From: Chrysomallon squamiferum
Lineage: Eukaryota > Animalia > Mollusca
Assembly (NCBI GenBank): GCA_012295275.1
Contig: CM022673.1
Span: forward strand, 26,474,001-26,538,000
DNA: 64,000 nucleotides
Direction of reading: 5' to 3'
Part shown: positions 1-15,139 of the stretch, in pieces
Layout: every line of letters begins with the position of its first letter
Numbering within the stretch: position 1 is the stretch's first letter
The notes under the pieces: model-generated
Told to the model about the DNA's origin: nothing
The model's input: the letters and a program-made list of their open reading frames with translations, nothing else
The model's database searches: none
Translations under genes and position numbers: made by a program

Positions 1-889
1 CTACTTAATATTTGGCTTCCAGTTCTGTTCGAGTTGGAAGCTTACCAGTAAAATATCAGAGTTTGATTTTCAACAACCGAATTCCCCAAAAATAGGTTCA
101 GTCCCCAAAGGTTATTTTTACCTATATATTCTTCTTTAAATAATAAAAAAAAAATAATAATAATAAAATAAAATTTTTAAAAAATATTAAAATAAATTAA
201 AATTAATTTTATTTAAAACATTTCTATCAATTGTTAAAAGCCGTAACGTTTTTAATTGTTTTGTTTAATCTCTGGGATACAAGCTGGGGTTGCAGAATGG
301 CGGTACTAATGGTTGCAAAAATCTTATTCAAACGAAAACGATCTCATTCGAGCAAAATGAACTGGCTTCAAACTGCTTCCACCACTGCACTGCCAGTATG
401 AATGAGAGAGTGAGACGCAGACCCACAGGTAAAGACGCGTGGGGGAGTGGGGTGGGAGGGCTGTATGCTGTCTGGGTTTAATGTGCTACTCAGTGCGAGT
501 GGTGAACTGCTGGGCAGACAGTTCGAGGTTAATGCACTCGTCTGCGGAGACTAGTAATAAAGCGTAAGATGTACGCAGATAGACGTCAGTTTATCTCCTC
601 TGGTTAGTTCCGAGTTCTGGAACTGGCAGCAGAGTGGTGTGTCAGTCACCTTAAAACACTTCGTTACACGTGAAGGTGGGGAGTCAGTTGAGTGAGAAGA
701 AGTTTTTTTTCTTAATGAGGATCGTCTGTCTCAGATTTATTAATTAAGAATTGATTTGTTAATTCGATTTGTTTAATGGCTTTATAACATTTTAGAATTA
801 ACAAAAGTACACCAGATTTATGTATGGTAAAAGGAAAATGAGTAAAGTTAAAGTAACAAAAAAACTGTGAGTAGTGGGAAAAGGCAAGC

Positions 890-1272
890 AAAGGTAACAG
901 TAGTAGCAGTATTCAATAGTAATAAACATAATTAGCATCAGAGTATTAATAATCAGTAACAATAATAATATCAGTAGCAGCAGCAGGTGAAGTTAGTAAT
1001 ACTACAGCAGTAGTAGCTGTAGTAACAGCAACAGCAGAAATAACAGCAGCAGACGTAGTAATAGCCGCAGTATACGAAGTAGGAGTAATAACAGTATCAG
1101 AAGTAGAAAATTCGTAACACCAGCAGAAGTAGTAGTGACACATCAGAAGAAGTAGGCGTAGTAACAGGAGCAGAAATAATAACAGCAACAGCATTTGCAG
1201 TAGTAGTAGTAATATCTTCAGTTAGTAATAGTAGTAGTAGCAGTAGTAGTAGAAGTAGTAGTAGTAGTAGTA
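890..1272. repeat. Degenerate (AGT/AGC)n trinucleotide tract
   Basis: agtagcagtagtaata-type triplets. Similar tracts occur at ~2265-2600 and ~57390-57570. Confidence 0.85.
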
Positions 1273-2786
1273 AATATAATATTTCTCACTCTAATAATAA
1301 AATCAAAGTAATCTGATTTTCAAAAATGTATGTAAAAAATTTACCTGTCACTTTGTAAAACGTATGCAACGCGTTCTTAGTTTTATTACGTATCTCAGTA
1401 GCCCTCAGTTTCTTTGTTGTATGAGTCAGTCATTGTACGCTTTTGATGTGCTAGATGTTCTTACGTTTCGTGTACCTTTTTACTGAAGTCAGCTGTGAAT
1501 AACACTTTTCTCTTAATAACCAGGGGACGGATTTAAGAGTGCTTTTGGGTGGTGGGGGGAGGCCTGAAGCGGCGGATTCTACTTTCTTTCTTTTTTTTTT
1601 CTTTTTTTTAAAATCTGTCTTGTTACGTTACTAGATTGTATAATGGGTAGATTTATTTGAAAGAGTGCATAATGTTACCTGATATTACATTGGGTAGTTG
1701 CAACATTCAATTCTGTGCATATCACTGCATTATGTAGCATTTAGAGCATGCGGTAAACAATGATACTATTAAAAACAAGAATTTTTATGGCCTCTATGAG
1801 TCTTATATATGTATATATATATTTGTTATCAGCAGATTTATATATGTGAATAAAATAATATATAACTGTTTGCGCGTGCCTTTTGGGTCCATTTTCTTAA
1901 TATATATTTGAAACAGACAAATAGGCCATCCTGTGTATAATTATAAACTGAGTCGTGATGCTCTTGGATCGCATCGTGATATGTTCACATTAAGAAGTAA
2001 TTCTGTACAGATCGTATCATATAGACGTACACACAGTTAGCATTATTTAATATGCTTATATAATTTTTGCATGCCGTCATATACATATAATATACCTCCA
2101 CATATCTCGTTTTTGTTACTGCTTTGTTTGTATACCAGGAAAGCAGAATTAAAACTTGATTATTTATATTTAATTGATTTAAAATTAATATAAAAGCCAA
2201 ACAAGAAATAAATAACACAGTCATAATGTGATTCAGATTTAACATCGTCAGCATAATGGTTTTAATGTAGTAGTTGTACTGAGGTGATAATGGTTTTAAT
2301 GATAGTCGTCGTTGTAGTCGTAGTGATGGTGGAAATGTCGTAGCAGTAGTCGAATTAGAGTAGTAGTAGAGGCAATAACAGAACAGTACTAATAATGCCA
2401 TGGTGATATTTATACAGTAGCATAAGTAACCGACAAAGTAGTAGTCGAAATAAAATAGTGGACTTATTAGTGGTGGTAGTAGTGGTAGTAAAAGTAGTAG
2501 TAGTTGCAGTGATGGTAATAGTAGTAGTAGTGTGATTGTGGTGTAGTAGTAGTATTAGTGGAAGTAGTGGAAGTAATTACAATAATAGTAAAATTAGCAA
2601 CAGACATAATAATAACACTCAGATAATACAGTTTATAACACGACAAATTTTTTTTTTTTTTTAATTCAACGTTTATACAATGCTGGCTAGAGACACACAT
2701 ACTTCAACAGGTGAACCTAACCTTTCATATTATACTCATATAAAGCAAATAAACTGCACCTTATTTTCCAGTACATACCTGTAATC

Positions 2787-2820
<34 letters not shown>

Positions 2821-4131
2821 CTTTTTTTTTTTTTTTCTCTCACTACATTCTAAAACCCGTTTATGTGAGCTAGCGACTTGCCAAGAATTAAACACTTTTC
2901 ACAGACTGACACATCATTCAGCGGAACAACCTGAAAAAAAGCAGTGACGTCTTGTAAGCGAGTGCACGCCAGTCTAAAAACGCTTACATTCGTAGTTTTG
3001 CAACTGGTTCTGTGGCATTCGAAACACGACGGGACAGTATATTGAAAAAAAAAAAAAAAAAAGAATGAAAGAGTAAAAAATGTCCTGTTTAAGAGTGGGA
3101 CACGTCGAAAGTAGTACTCGTTGTTAGATAAACGTTTTGAGCACTGTTGAATAACCAGCTGATACGATGTGTACTGTCTGGGCAGAGATATGTCAACAGC
3201 ACGTTTTGTTATTCTTACATTTTACATCATAGTTCACTAGACACACAAAAAAAAAAGAAAAAAAAAGAAAAAAAGAAGAAGAAACAGAAAGAAAGAAAAA
3301 ATTAAATAATTTGTTTTTAAATTGGTAATGATGATGGTGGTAATAATGATAATAATAATAATATTAATGATGATAATAATAATAACAACAATAATAATAT
3401 CGTATAAAGATTAAAGAACAAGCAAAATAAAACAAATATAATAAATTAATTAAATAATTATTTAATTAAAAATAAATAAATAAATAAAAGATCATATCTA
3501 ACTAATAACTGGTGGAATACGTTTACAAAACTCGTTTAAGTCTACCACATACAATAACCAGTCCAATTCTAAATTACATGAAGAATTAAAATTATTTACC
3601 ATTCATTTCCAGGGCTTAACATTTCGAAAAAAAAAAATAAACCGGATACTATTAGTAAGTACTTTTAACGCTGGTTCAGTTATATAACTGTTTAAGCACG
3701 CCTAACGTGTACAGAACACCTGAGAGTTCCCCAGACGCTGCTTGCCCCAGAGCTGGATAAGTTATTCATACTTATCTCACAGGCCGGCCAAACGCCGTTA
3801 CGCTTTCATTATTTATTACGCCTATGACATAACTGAAACCAGGCGCTTTATCTCCGCTGTACGCGAAAGAAATTTATTGAGTGTTTTTGAACCTGTACGT
3901 CCTAGGAACGGTGTGTGCAGTATAGTTAGTTTAAATTTACGATCATTAACGGAGGCGAAAACAGAACACCATCAACGTTCTGTTGCTTTGCATAGCAATA
4001 CGCCTTACGGCCGTTGTGTTGAACTTTTAAAAAGTTTTTTTTTTAAAAAGAATGTAACTATTATATATCACAGCGTGGGATATTTTATACTTCTGGTATG
4101 ACTTCGTTTTTCCTTTCTTTTTTTTTTTTTT

Positions 4132-4162
<31 letters not shown>

Positions 4163-4899
4163 CTTCGTCTTCTTCTTCTGAACAGTGGGTGGAGATAAAA
4201 TATTAAATAAAAAATTTCAGAAAAATTTACTTCCATCTGGTATATGGCTGTTTTTTTTTCTTTTTTTTTTCGCTTGTGTTTCGATAGTTCTAAAGTTTCG
4301 TACCGTTCTTGCAATATTCACAGAAGTTTTGCAATTTCACTTCATATACTGCGGGCTAGCGTTCGCGATTATCGCCGGAAATTTGCGAAAAGTCTAGTGT
4401 TCTAAACTATCGCAATATGAGTCTAAACAGAAATGTTACAAAAAAAATAAAAATTGAAAAAAATAATATAAAATTCAACTCTTACCCATTTTAAAACTAA
4501 TATCCTTAATAATAATAATAATAATAATAAAATTTGTTATAGTATATGATACCATCAGTTTTAAGGGGAAATAACTCGAATATTTCATAAAAAGTATTGA
4601 AAAATAAGATGAAATTTGGGGCACATATAGAAATAAATTTTATTTTAGTCAATGATCATATCTGGTATATAACCGAAATAATCTTTATTTTTTATTTTTT
4701 TTTTTTAAATTAAAATGTTTTTTTGTTTTGTTTTTGTTTTTCTTTTATAAATACTGCGCTTCGCAATTTATGCAATTTCGCATCACCCTCGCAAATCTCC
4801 TCGCATTGCATTGCGAATATATAAGAATATGGTCTCAGTCCATAATCCATAATGCCTTTGACTTGGACCTCTGTTTATGTGTATAATTGGTACGAAGTG

Positions 4900-4909
4900 T
4901 AGTGTGTAT

Positions 4910-4959
<50 letters not shown>

Positions 4960-4990
4960 GTATGTATGTATATATGTATGTATGTATGTG

Positions 4991-5028
<38 letters not shown>

Positions 5029-5130
5029 TATATATGTGTGTTTGTAAGTATGTATATTTAGGTATGTTTTTGTGCTGGTACGTGTATGTATGCATGTAAG
5101 CATGGTTTGAGTCTGTATACATATATATGT
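4900..5130. repeat. Compound (TG)n/(TA)n/(TATG)n microsatellite
   Basis: Directly visible. Confidence 0.9.
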
Positions 5131-5728
5131 GAGTCACTGATTATATATCGGTACTGTGTTTAAAGATTAGCAACAACAATGATTAAAATAATAACAATAA
5201 TTAAAACAATCATCATTAAAACAGCACGAACAATACTCGAAATAAACTACAACAACAAACAAATGATAAGTAAATTACAGTAACAACAATAAATAAATTA
5301 CAAAAAAAGCCCCCACAAAAACAACGATAAACAAAAAACATAACAGGTAACATTCTTTTTTTTTCTTTTTTTTTCAGAAGCACCAACACTAACAGTTAAC
5401 AATAAAACTTTTGTAGGCTTTTACCTTAAACGCGTTAATACGAGAGCAGCCAACGTTTTCCACAAAGAATCTTTTTTTTAAATTTTTTTTCTCTCTTTTT
5501 TTTTTTTTTTTTTCAAGCATTAGGACTAAAACTGCTGCAAAAGTGACATTCATGGGTGTCGGCAGTACAGGTCAGGTCCGCCCAGCTTGTCGACACGAAT
5601 CAAGGGTATTAATAATGTGGCATGAAAATATTGACCGTGGTTGCCGCTGGTCCGCCCATTATTTCAGTGGACTTTATTCAATAGGTGTCAACATGACATC
5701 TAAGCACCAATTAACGATACGCTTAGGC

Positions 5729-5761
<33 letters not shown>

Positions 5762-6003
5762 GAGATTCGCGTTCTATCGCTGGTTTAACACGTATTAAGC
5801 GATGTTTCAAACAATGGTGACAGCAGATAAGGGTTCATTTTTTATTTTTTTATTTTTTTTCAAGAGCGCTCTGACAAATGACATCCTAAAGGATTCTTGT
5901 CCTTTTTAATACGTGTAGCGTGTCACCAACTTATCCGCCTAAAACTGCTTCTGTATTTATTGAGTGCTTAATGAATGGATGTTGTCCCTCTCTTTCTGTT
6001 CGT

Positions 6004-6006
<3 letters not shown>

Positions 6007-6091
<85 letters not shown>
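6007..6091. repeat. (TC)n microsatellite
   Basis: Perfect dinucleotide run of ~85 bp. Confidence 0.95.
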
Positions 6092-6093
<2 letters not shown>

Positions 6094-6827
6094 ATCCTGT
6101 TAAAAATATATTTTTAGAAACACTATAAGGGTCTCTAAGAATCAAAATTTATATCATTAGCTTTATCTGAACGTAAAAAAATTAAATTAATAATAAATCA
6201 GATATTCAACTAGTTAACAATGCTTCTATAGTAATTCTAGAGTTTAAAAAAAACTTCTACGAAAAATTCCTTGATTAGTTTTTTTCTAAATGAATTAAAT
6301 AAAGGAAGATTCAGTATTAACACTATAAATACTCAAACCGCATGTTTGTAATATATTTATAGGCTAAGAAACATGATGATTCTTAAAAAGAAAATTATCA
6401 AAGAAATGATTAAAAGGAATATAAAAGATAACAGAAAAAAAAAAATCCGTTAATTTAAAAAAGACTGTTCAAGATTATTTCTTGATTATTTCCTTCGCTG
6501 CTTCAACTAATTAAATGAGATTCAACATTAAATCAATAGTTATTGCAAAAATGTAGATATTTAATATTGAATTTATTTATTTATTTTTTCAAAATTTTAA
6601 AGAAAGAAAGATAAGAAATAAAAAAAATGAAAAGAATCTACACGTTGGCAGAATAATGTAGAAAATTACTAAATGGCATTTTGAAAACACAAATCTCTAA
6701 AGACTGTGACAGTATTAATAATTGCGAGGTAACAAACAAATATGTCATGTTTTTTTACAAGAAGCACGTGGATTCTTTTGAAACATTGGTTAAATTTCAA
6801 GATCTAATTTTTATTATTATTGTTAAG

Positions 6828-6863
<36 letters not shown>

Positions 6864-6982
6864 TTATTATTTTGTCTTCATTATTACTGTTATTGTTACT
6901 ACAAATAGTATTAGTCTATCAGAAATGTTACTATCACTATAGTATACCACTAGTACAATATCTACGTGTATTATTATTATTA

Positions 6983-7022
<40 letters not shown>

Positions 7023-7235
7023 GTTATTGTTATTGTTATTTTTTAATTTATTTAATTTAATTTTTATTTATTTATTTATTTATTATTATTATTATTGTAT
7101 TACAAATAGTTCTAAAAACCTGTATAATGCTTATAAGTTTTACTGAATAATAAAATTAGTAATGTGCTGAAATATACAATTAAATTTTAAAACCCATCTA
7201 AATCTTCTAGACGTAAACTCACGTTATTTATTTAT

Positions 7236-7288
<53 letters not shown>

Positions 7289-7705
7289 ACAAATAAACAA
7301 AGAAAAAACAACCACAAAAAACCCCTCAACAACAACGGAAAACCAAACACTAAAATAGTTTTATTTATGTTGTACTTAGGTCGGTCAGACGAAACTTCAA
7401 ACTAGGAAAGTACCACTTAAAATGAATCGAAAGATATGGAATTTCAAGTACCGCCTTAATCAAAAAAAAAAAAAAAAAAAAGAAAAGAAATCTAGCTTGA
7501 GAGAGTCCTATAAGGATTTCAAACATATCTGTACCATTTAAGTGTGAAACTGTTGACTGTTTGAAATTAATAGTATGTTTTCTATTGATATGTAAATGGT
7601 TTAGGGCTATACGTCATTATCTGTTAACAAAATATAAAAGTATGTCGTACCCATTACTAAAGAGAGGTTTGTAGGAAGAAATTTGAAAATAAATCAATAA
7701 ATAAT

Positions 7706-7708
<3 letters not shown>

Positions 7709-7778
<70 letters not shown>

Positions 7779-7797
7779 GCGCACACACACACACACA
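7709..7797. repeat. (CA)n microsatellite
   Basis: Directly visible. Confidence 0.95.
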
Positions 7798-8537
7798 TAT
7801 AATTAGATTTCTAATGCTCCCAAGTTAAGTATCTATTTTAAACATCGTCTCTCTCTGCAAAACTATTACAGGCTACCGAACAGCAGCAAGACATTTTTTA
7901 AATTTTATCTTATTTATTTAAATTCTCAGCTGTTTTAAGACAGATGATGCAGAAGTCAGAGCTGTCTGTTTAAGATGATATTATGGTTAGATGAAGAAAT
8001 GTAAAGGGTATTGTCGTCAAACAGGCTGATTATAATAACTTCCGGTTTAAGCGGGATGGCCTAACCAATAGGAAACTGGTTTGTTTTTGTGGCAAAGACT
8101 TTTAAGAACAAGTACTGATACAGCAGACATATACCATTAGTAAAAGAGGAAGAAACAAAAAAAAATGAAAGATTAATATTGCTAACCGTTACAAAGCTAT
8201 TTTCCGAAAATTCAGTTAGCATTAATATAGCCAAAGGCCCAAACAAAGGCTAAATTAAACAAGGAACTAGTTATAAAATTTAAAAATTTTAGCTGATAAC
8301 CTTTACTACAGATGCATCCATTTTTATTTTTATTTTTTTATTTATTTATATTTATTTTAACAAGATGTTCCATCTCTCGTCAACTTTTAATTTAATAATT
8401 GTTTTTAATTTTATTTTATTATTTCCTTTTTTTACGGTCCGAATAATTGCGTGGACATTCTCAATTAGGTTTAATGTATGCATTAAGTATAGCCCTATAT
8501 CGGTATTTAACAAAGAGTAAAAATACTTAGATACAAA

Positions 8538-8581
<44 letters not shown>

Positions 8582-8797
8582 CTTCATTCATTCATTCACT
8601 CATTAAAAATATAAAAAAGTGAAAAAGAAAGTCTAGTTGGATTATCAAGATAACTCTGTCTTGAATGGTTTCCACTACTTGTAGGTATGTCAGATAATCA
8701 TAAAAGAAATGGATTGGCTCTTAAACGTTGTTATCTCTCAGACAGTAATATTCACTGATTAGACATATTCCAGTGGATTAGTAAACACACAGACGTG

Positions 8798-8970
8798 TCT
8801 GTGTGGCTCAGGGAGAAGTTCGTGGTAGAGCACTGGCCCGATCAATCCTTCTCAGGGCTCCTCTTGAGTTATTACCCGATCCAACCACTGCCGCAGTAGT
8901 TTACTTAAAAGTTGTGGTATGTGCTGGCATAAATATAACTGAACCTTTGTTGCTAATTGCAGTTTCTCTC
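8798..8970 (+). mobile_element. Degenerate tRNA-derived SINE remnant
   Basis: tRNA-like head (tggctcag...gtggtagagcact...gatcaatcc) followed by gtggtatgtgct and ccttgttgctaat-like blocks. From memory these resemble gastropod SINE cores. Not database-verified. Confidence 0.45.
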
Positions 8971-9187
8971 ATGTAATCTCTATGCTTTTTTAAAAATATA
9001 TTTTTTTTACAATCTAAATGCATAAAGCAATTTTACCACTTATGAAAAATGTGCTGAGTTTGCTGTTAAATAAAATATAAAAAAGAAATATATATAAAAA
9101 ATTCTTCTTTCCTTGGTATCGAAATGAATATCTGATATCACTACCTGGTTGTTGTTTTTTTTCTTCTTTTTCTTTCTTTCTTTCTTT

Positions 9188-9241
<54 letters not shown>

Positions 9242-9871
9242 TATAAAATTTATCACTTATCTTTAGTTCCAAACATTAAAATATGCTAAACTAATTATCA
9301 TTGACTTATTATTCAATCACTTTCTATCCCTATAAACATAATATTCATTATATCCATTTTTGAGAATCAAAATACAAATTTCTTGCTTTTAGATGCGCAT
9401 ACGCAGAAGTTCACGTGAAAAACGCCAAAACCCCGTTCATAAAACTAAACATGGTGTATCACTATACACAGAATCAACTCTTCATACAGAGGTTTGCTGA
9501 TAAGAAGAAGAAGAAAAAAAACTTTTGACAAGACATTAAAACTGTGATACATGACAGCGGTTTTGTCGTACGTAACATAGTATTTTGCACACCGGGAAAT
9601 ACTGGTGTAACATATAGGTTATATATAGCGCATACCATTTAAAATACAGTTAGAACTTTTATTTTGTTTTATTTCCAAATCGCAATAGATTTAGTTATTT
9701 ATTTAGTAAATTAATTATTAAGAAAATCCCCAAAAGAGGGTACTGAACAAAATAAAGTATTGTCATTATTTTCCAAAACGAAAAGATTAGGTTTTAGGGT
9801 TTGTTTTCTTCAAAATTTTTAAACCGTTAAAACAGTTGTTTTGAATAATAAATCAATAAAATGGTAATGAT

Positions 9872-9908
<37 letters not shown>

Positions 9909-11540
9909 GATGATGATGATGATGATAATGGTGTCGGTGTGGAGGCAGCGATAACGTATGTGTTTTGTAAAAAAAAGAGCTTTGTCTTTGTCAAGAATGG
10001 ATGTTTCTCGTAATCTAAATATAAAGAAGTTATAACTTTTTCAGGTTTGGCACGGTAATTTACGAAGCACAGGTAATCTGTTTCGCGAAGTCTCGCGACG
10101 GTCCTGTTCAACAACGCTGCGTTTTTCTTTCCACGAACTGATGGATTCGCCGGTTACCAACTTCTGCAAAACCATAAATCTCTCAGCAACAGGAAAAAAA
10201 AAAAAAAAAAAAAAAATTATATACAGTATCGGATTAGATTGTTTTTGAGTGAGTATTCTTTGGCAATTACTTTCCGTAAAACGTAGCTCTGGCTTCATTT
10301 TTTTTTTTTTTTTTTTTCAGAAGAGACATCCAAAATAAAAATCTTTTGATCTCTTCAGCAGACAAGATACGTGTGCTGGGTTGAATAACGTTAACATTCA
10401 GGTGAAATTTGTAGAATTTTTCTTTTTTTCTTTTTCTTGTTCTTTCTTCTATTTGGGCACAGTCAGAATACTTAAAGTGATATATGCTAGGATGGGGGGT
10501 CTTTTTTTTTTTGTTATCTTTGAAAGAGGAAAAAGATATATGAAGTTTCTTGTCAGTTCTCTTTCTTACAGACGTAATGTGTATTCCATCTGTGTGGAGA
10601 GAAAAAAAAAGAAAGAAAGAAATGAACGAAATAACGAAAGAAGGAAAGAAAAAAAGAAGGGAAAAATGCCATTTAGCAGAAAAATTTATTTGGTGCCATT
10701 AGCAACAATTGTTCCTTTTCCTACAATATCTACAACTGATTTATTGCTACTGTTATTACTGTTGTTCTTTCAAATGAATTTATGGAAAATATAGTCAAAT
10801 CTAATCATCTAAATCTTAAGAGGTATAATTGCGTATGTCTTTAGTTCTTTTTTGTACCTTCTTTGTAACGAAAAATCATAATATTAAATCTTTTCCATTT
10901 TTTTTTTCTTCACTTTCTTACTATTTATATAATTTACCATAAATATATTTGTATTTATGACAGAATAATTACGTCTACCTTCACATAAATGATATAATAA
11001 AACAAAAAATATTGTCACACGATTTTTTTTTTTTTTTTTTTTTTAAATCCTTTGTCCTGATTGCACGCATTCCTCTTATTTTTTTCATTTACTGAATTTG
11101 CCTCTGATCTCGGCAAAAGATTCATAAAAACAAAATAAAAATAAATAAACCTGTCAAAATCTTTATTTTGTACCCTGCTTCAACTTACAGTTCGACTTAT
11201 TAACACTAAGGATGGGCTTCCTTCAAAATACTTTCAAAAAGCTAAAACCATGTCATTAGTTTGATGGGTTTTAACTAGAAAACACATTTAAACCTGTAAA
11301 ACCGTATCAAGTTTTGTTTGATAAACATCTTCGCGACCATCCTGTGAGTTTCTCATCTCACTATTGGCTGTCCCGTTACAAACTGATTTTTATCTACAAA
11401 ATACTCCAGGCAGGTATGTATAATTTAGTGAAATTTGAAAATTGCTTTCCGCTGAATCACGTGACTGAATTTATCTGAAATTATTGAGGAATGTAAAGAA
11501 CCAAAAGGATGGTGTTCTACAGAAGAAGAAATTACTACAA

Positions 11541-11544
<4 letters not shown>

Positions 11545-11633
<89 letters not shown>

Positions 11634-11665
11634 TATTAATTATTATTATTATTATTATTATTATT
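11545..11665. repeat. Compound (AAAT)n-(AAT)n-(ATT)n microsatellite
   Basis: Directly visible. The AAT/ATT switch makes it self-complementary. Confidence 0.9.
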
Positions 11666-12054
11666 GAAATCAAAATTATTGAAATATGTATACACAGAAT
11701 GCTCAATTAGTTACCATTTTCTACAAGCTGAGCAGACGTGAAATGATAATAACGATCAGGATAATGACAACAACGACGGCACGTTTTGTTTTTCTAAAGT
11801 TAATAATAACATCACAAACAACTAAATTTTAGTTCATAATATATAAAATAAATAAATAAATAAATTACTATTAACAACAATAAACGTAGAAAAACAAAGA
11901 AAAGGACAAAAAGAACGAAACCGCAGTCGACTGTTCACTTACTATTATAGTACCGCATTAAAAAATAGTTAGCAACGAACTACAGTAACTGGTTATAAAC
12001 TGTCAACTCTTTCAAACGTGTATGTCTGTCTCTGTTTTCATGTGTATGTTTCTG

Positions 12055-12073
12055 TGCGTGTGTGTGTGTGTGT

Positions 12074-12125
<52 letters not shown>
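12055..12125. repeat. (TG)n microsatellite
   Basis: Directly visible. Confidence 0.9.
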
Positions 12126-12127
<2 letters not shown>

Positions 12128-12605
12128 CGAAGGTGCTACTGTACACTGTGTAGATGGACTGTGTAATTATTTAGGATATGCCTTGACATGCGTCTCTCTG
12201 CGAACCGTTGACTGCACACGTCAATCAGTGTCATTTGTCGATCTGCTTCTAAAGTGGCTGTGCCTGCTGAACGGGCTAAACGACTGAGGCGATTACATTT
12301 CGCTATCCAGGCTTAACGACGACACACGCTTGAGGCGCCGAAACGCTTCTTAAAGGGCCCGAAAGGTTATCTTAGAAGCAGAAGCTTTAATTTTTTTTAA
12401 AAAGGGAATAAAAAGATTTTTTTTTTTTAATTTTATTTTAATGTCATTTTTTGTAATAATTTATTCCTTCAAAACGAATAATAAATGAAGTATTTATCTG
12501 CAAATCTTTAATGTCAGTCACTGAATATTATTATATATATCAAAGATAAAATAAATAATAATAAAGAAAAGAAAATACAATTCTAGCTTTCCTGCCTCCA
12601 GTGTA

Positions 12606-12659
<54 letters not shown>

Positions 12660-14588
12660 AAAAAATATATATATTTTTTTTTTTTATTTTTTTAGGGTTT
12701 GATTACGTTATTATTAAAAAAAGGTTAGTGTCTATAACAAATCAAAACATTAAAACAGAGGGTCTAGGCTGTTTGTACGGAAACAGGAACACTTTAAGAT
12801 GATATATTTACATACGTTTGACATCTGACTGGAATTTTCTTTTACCGCCAGACTTAGATTGTTACGTTGTGAGTTAAAACAGATGTGTGGTATCAGTCTA
12901 ATAAAACTTGACAAAAATATAACCTGTTCAAAACAATTTTGTTCGTTCAGATGGTAAAAATAAAGACAATGGAAGCATACAGACCATTTTGAAGGGAAAA
13001 AAAAACCCAACTTATTATTAATATAAAACAAAACAAAAGACACATTTCTATCACAGTCATTTATATTTTCACAATATTAAAATAACGTGTAATAAATATT
13101 GCATATTCATTTTCATTTGTGTATTAACATAAAAATTAAGATACATAAAATTTAAATAAACTCAAAAAATAATAAAATAACATGTTCCAAATATTACATT
13201 TGCATCTAGTATTTGTTTTATTTGTATTTTAAGACATATATTGATCATATTTTAAGCTCAGTATCAAAAGACTGTGTTCTAGTTTCTAGGTATTAAATTT
13301 TTTTTTTTTTTGCTGTCTTCTTTAATTTATATTGAAATAAAATACACAATTATCTCAAACTTTTTGCTGAAAATTAATATAATATGTTCTAAGTGTCACA
13401 TATTCATTTGAAGCAAAAATTTGTTTTATTTGTATTAACATCAAACACAGATCACAACTGATTTTAGCTAAAAAGTGAAATAAAAAGCTTATTACATCTG
13501 TGTTTTATTTATAATTGCATCAGATATTCACAAATTTTATGATCTGAACCAATTTAACCTAACAGAATTAATTAAATCAATTTGGTCTTGTTCTTTCATA
13601 ATTATATTATATATTCATTTTGTTTGGTAAAAGAAACACGTAGAAAAAAAAGAAAACATGAACAAAAAAAACCCCACATAATTTATTTGAATTTTGCCTG
13701 TAAACCGATATGTTGAATTCATGGCATCAAAAATAAATGTCTCTTAAATTGCAAATAATGTGAACTGGCATTTAATTTATTTGAAGTCATTAATAATGCA
13801 GAGCCAAATCCAAATAAACGTCGCAGTATAAATATTAACTTGCTATGACACAAGTTATTAGTTAACCAGCTTTCAGCATTTTAGCACAACTTAACTTAGA
13901 ATTAAAATTTCTGTTAAATTCTTCCCCAGAAAATCAGTAAATAAAATACTGAATGTTTTAATTTATAAAATTATTTATTTCAAAAGCAATTTGATTATTG
14001 TAAAAATACAGAATGATTGCTGCATTGTTGTGAAAATTCTGTCATTCAATTTTTTTTTATTTCAATCGAGCCACAACTGGTTTATCAAATGTCATAAAAA
14101 TTGATCTTCTATCTATCAGAAGGATTCATAGGACAAATACTTTTCTGCTAAAATACTGTCTCATTGTTATGCTGTCCTTAAATAGAGTGAAATTTTAAAA
14201 ATTGAACAAAATATAACACTAAGGTGTGGAGAGGTGTTTGCTTTCCAGAGGTTTTTGGTTTTGAAAGGTGCACTCATCATATGATCTGGGAAAGGTTTAG
14301 TTTTTCTCTTTTCGTTCATTCATTTTATTTTAGACAATATTATCTCTTTTGTTTTATAGCATGTAAATATTGCGACAACATTTCATCAAAAATTGTTTAT
14401 AGTTAATAAACCTGGAAACTCCAAGTTATTTGTACAAAACATAAACAAATTAAGTAGAAATAAAATTTTTAAAAATAAATAAGCAAATAAATAAATAAAT
14501 AAATAAATAAAATTTGGTTATTTTATAAAAATATGAGATTTGGTATGACTAATTTTTTTCCTAAGGTTTTTTTTTTTTTTTCTTCCTT

Positions 14589-14660
14589 TGTTTGACACCC
14601 AGAATCTGAGATTTATTTTTTTGTGCTGAGGTGTCATAAAACATTCATTCATCCATTCCT
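14589..14660 (+). mobile_element. SINE/LINE 3' tail fragment ending in (CATT)n
   Basis: tgtttgacaccc...gtgctgaggtgtcataaaacattcattcatccattc is a typical retroposon 3' end with a short tandem tail. The resemblance is recalled, not searched. Confidence 0.4.
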
Positions 14661-15139
14661 TTTTTTATTGCAATAGTTATAAAATACAACATTATCTTTT
14701 TTTTGTGATAGGTATCACAATTCAATGATGAAACATGGAAAAATGTGGGAAGCAGACAAAACAAAGGTGCTTGAGCAAACAGATGAAAACATGATAAAGG
14801 GGTCACTATTAAAACAAGGAAATCACATGATTAAAATACTATGATCAAGATTATTTAAAAAAGAACTTACAGCAACTGAAAATAAAAAAAAAATTCTACG
14901 ATATTAGCTAATCTAATACACAAATAAAATAACAATGGATTTCATAATTAGGTAAAAAAAGCATTTTTAATTGTAGATAGTCATTAACATTTCATTTAAA
15001 AATAGTAAAAATAATTTTATCTTTGCATAAATATGTGCGTAACAGGAATTAAAAAAAAATAAAAAAAAAATCAGTTATACTGCAATTTTTTTTTAAAACA
15101 GTCACCGGGCACATAATATTAATTATACTATCTTAAAAA

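Noticed and set aside
4295-4835. Possible old inverted-repeat element with ttcgca/ttgcga-rich ends
   Set aside because: Terminal complementarity is too degraded to define TIRs or a TSD.
8798-8880. tRNA gene
   Set aside because: Only partial A/B-box similarity, no complete cloverleaf, and it continues into a SINE-like body.
946-12802. Many short ORFs encoding poly-L/I/Y/K, VC or TH repeats
   Set aside because: They are translations of microsatellites and poly-A/T tracts, with no domain motifs or supported exon chains.
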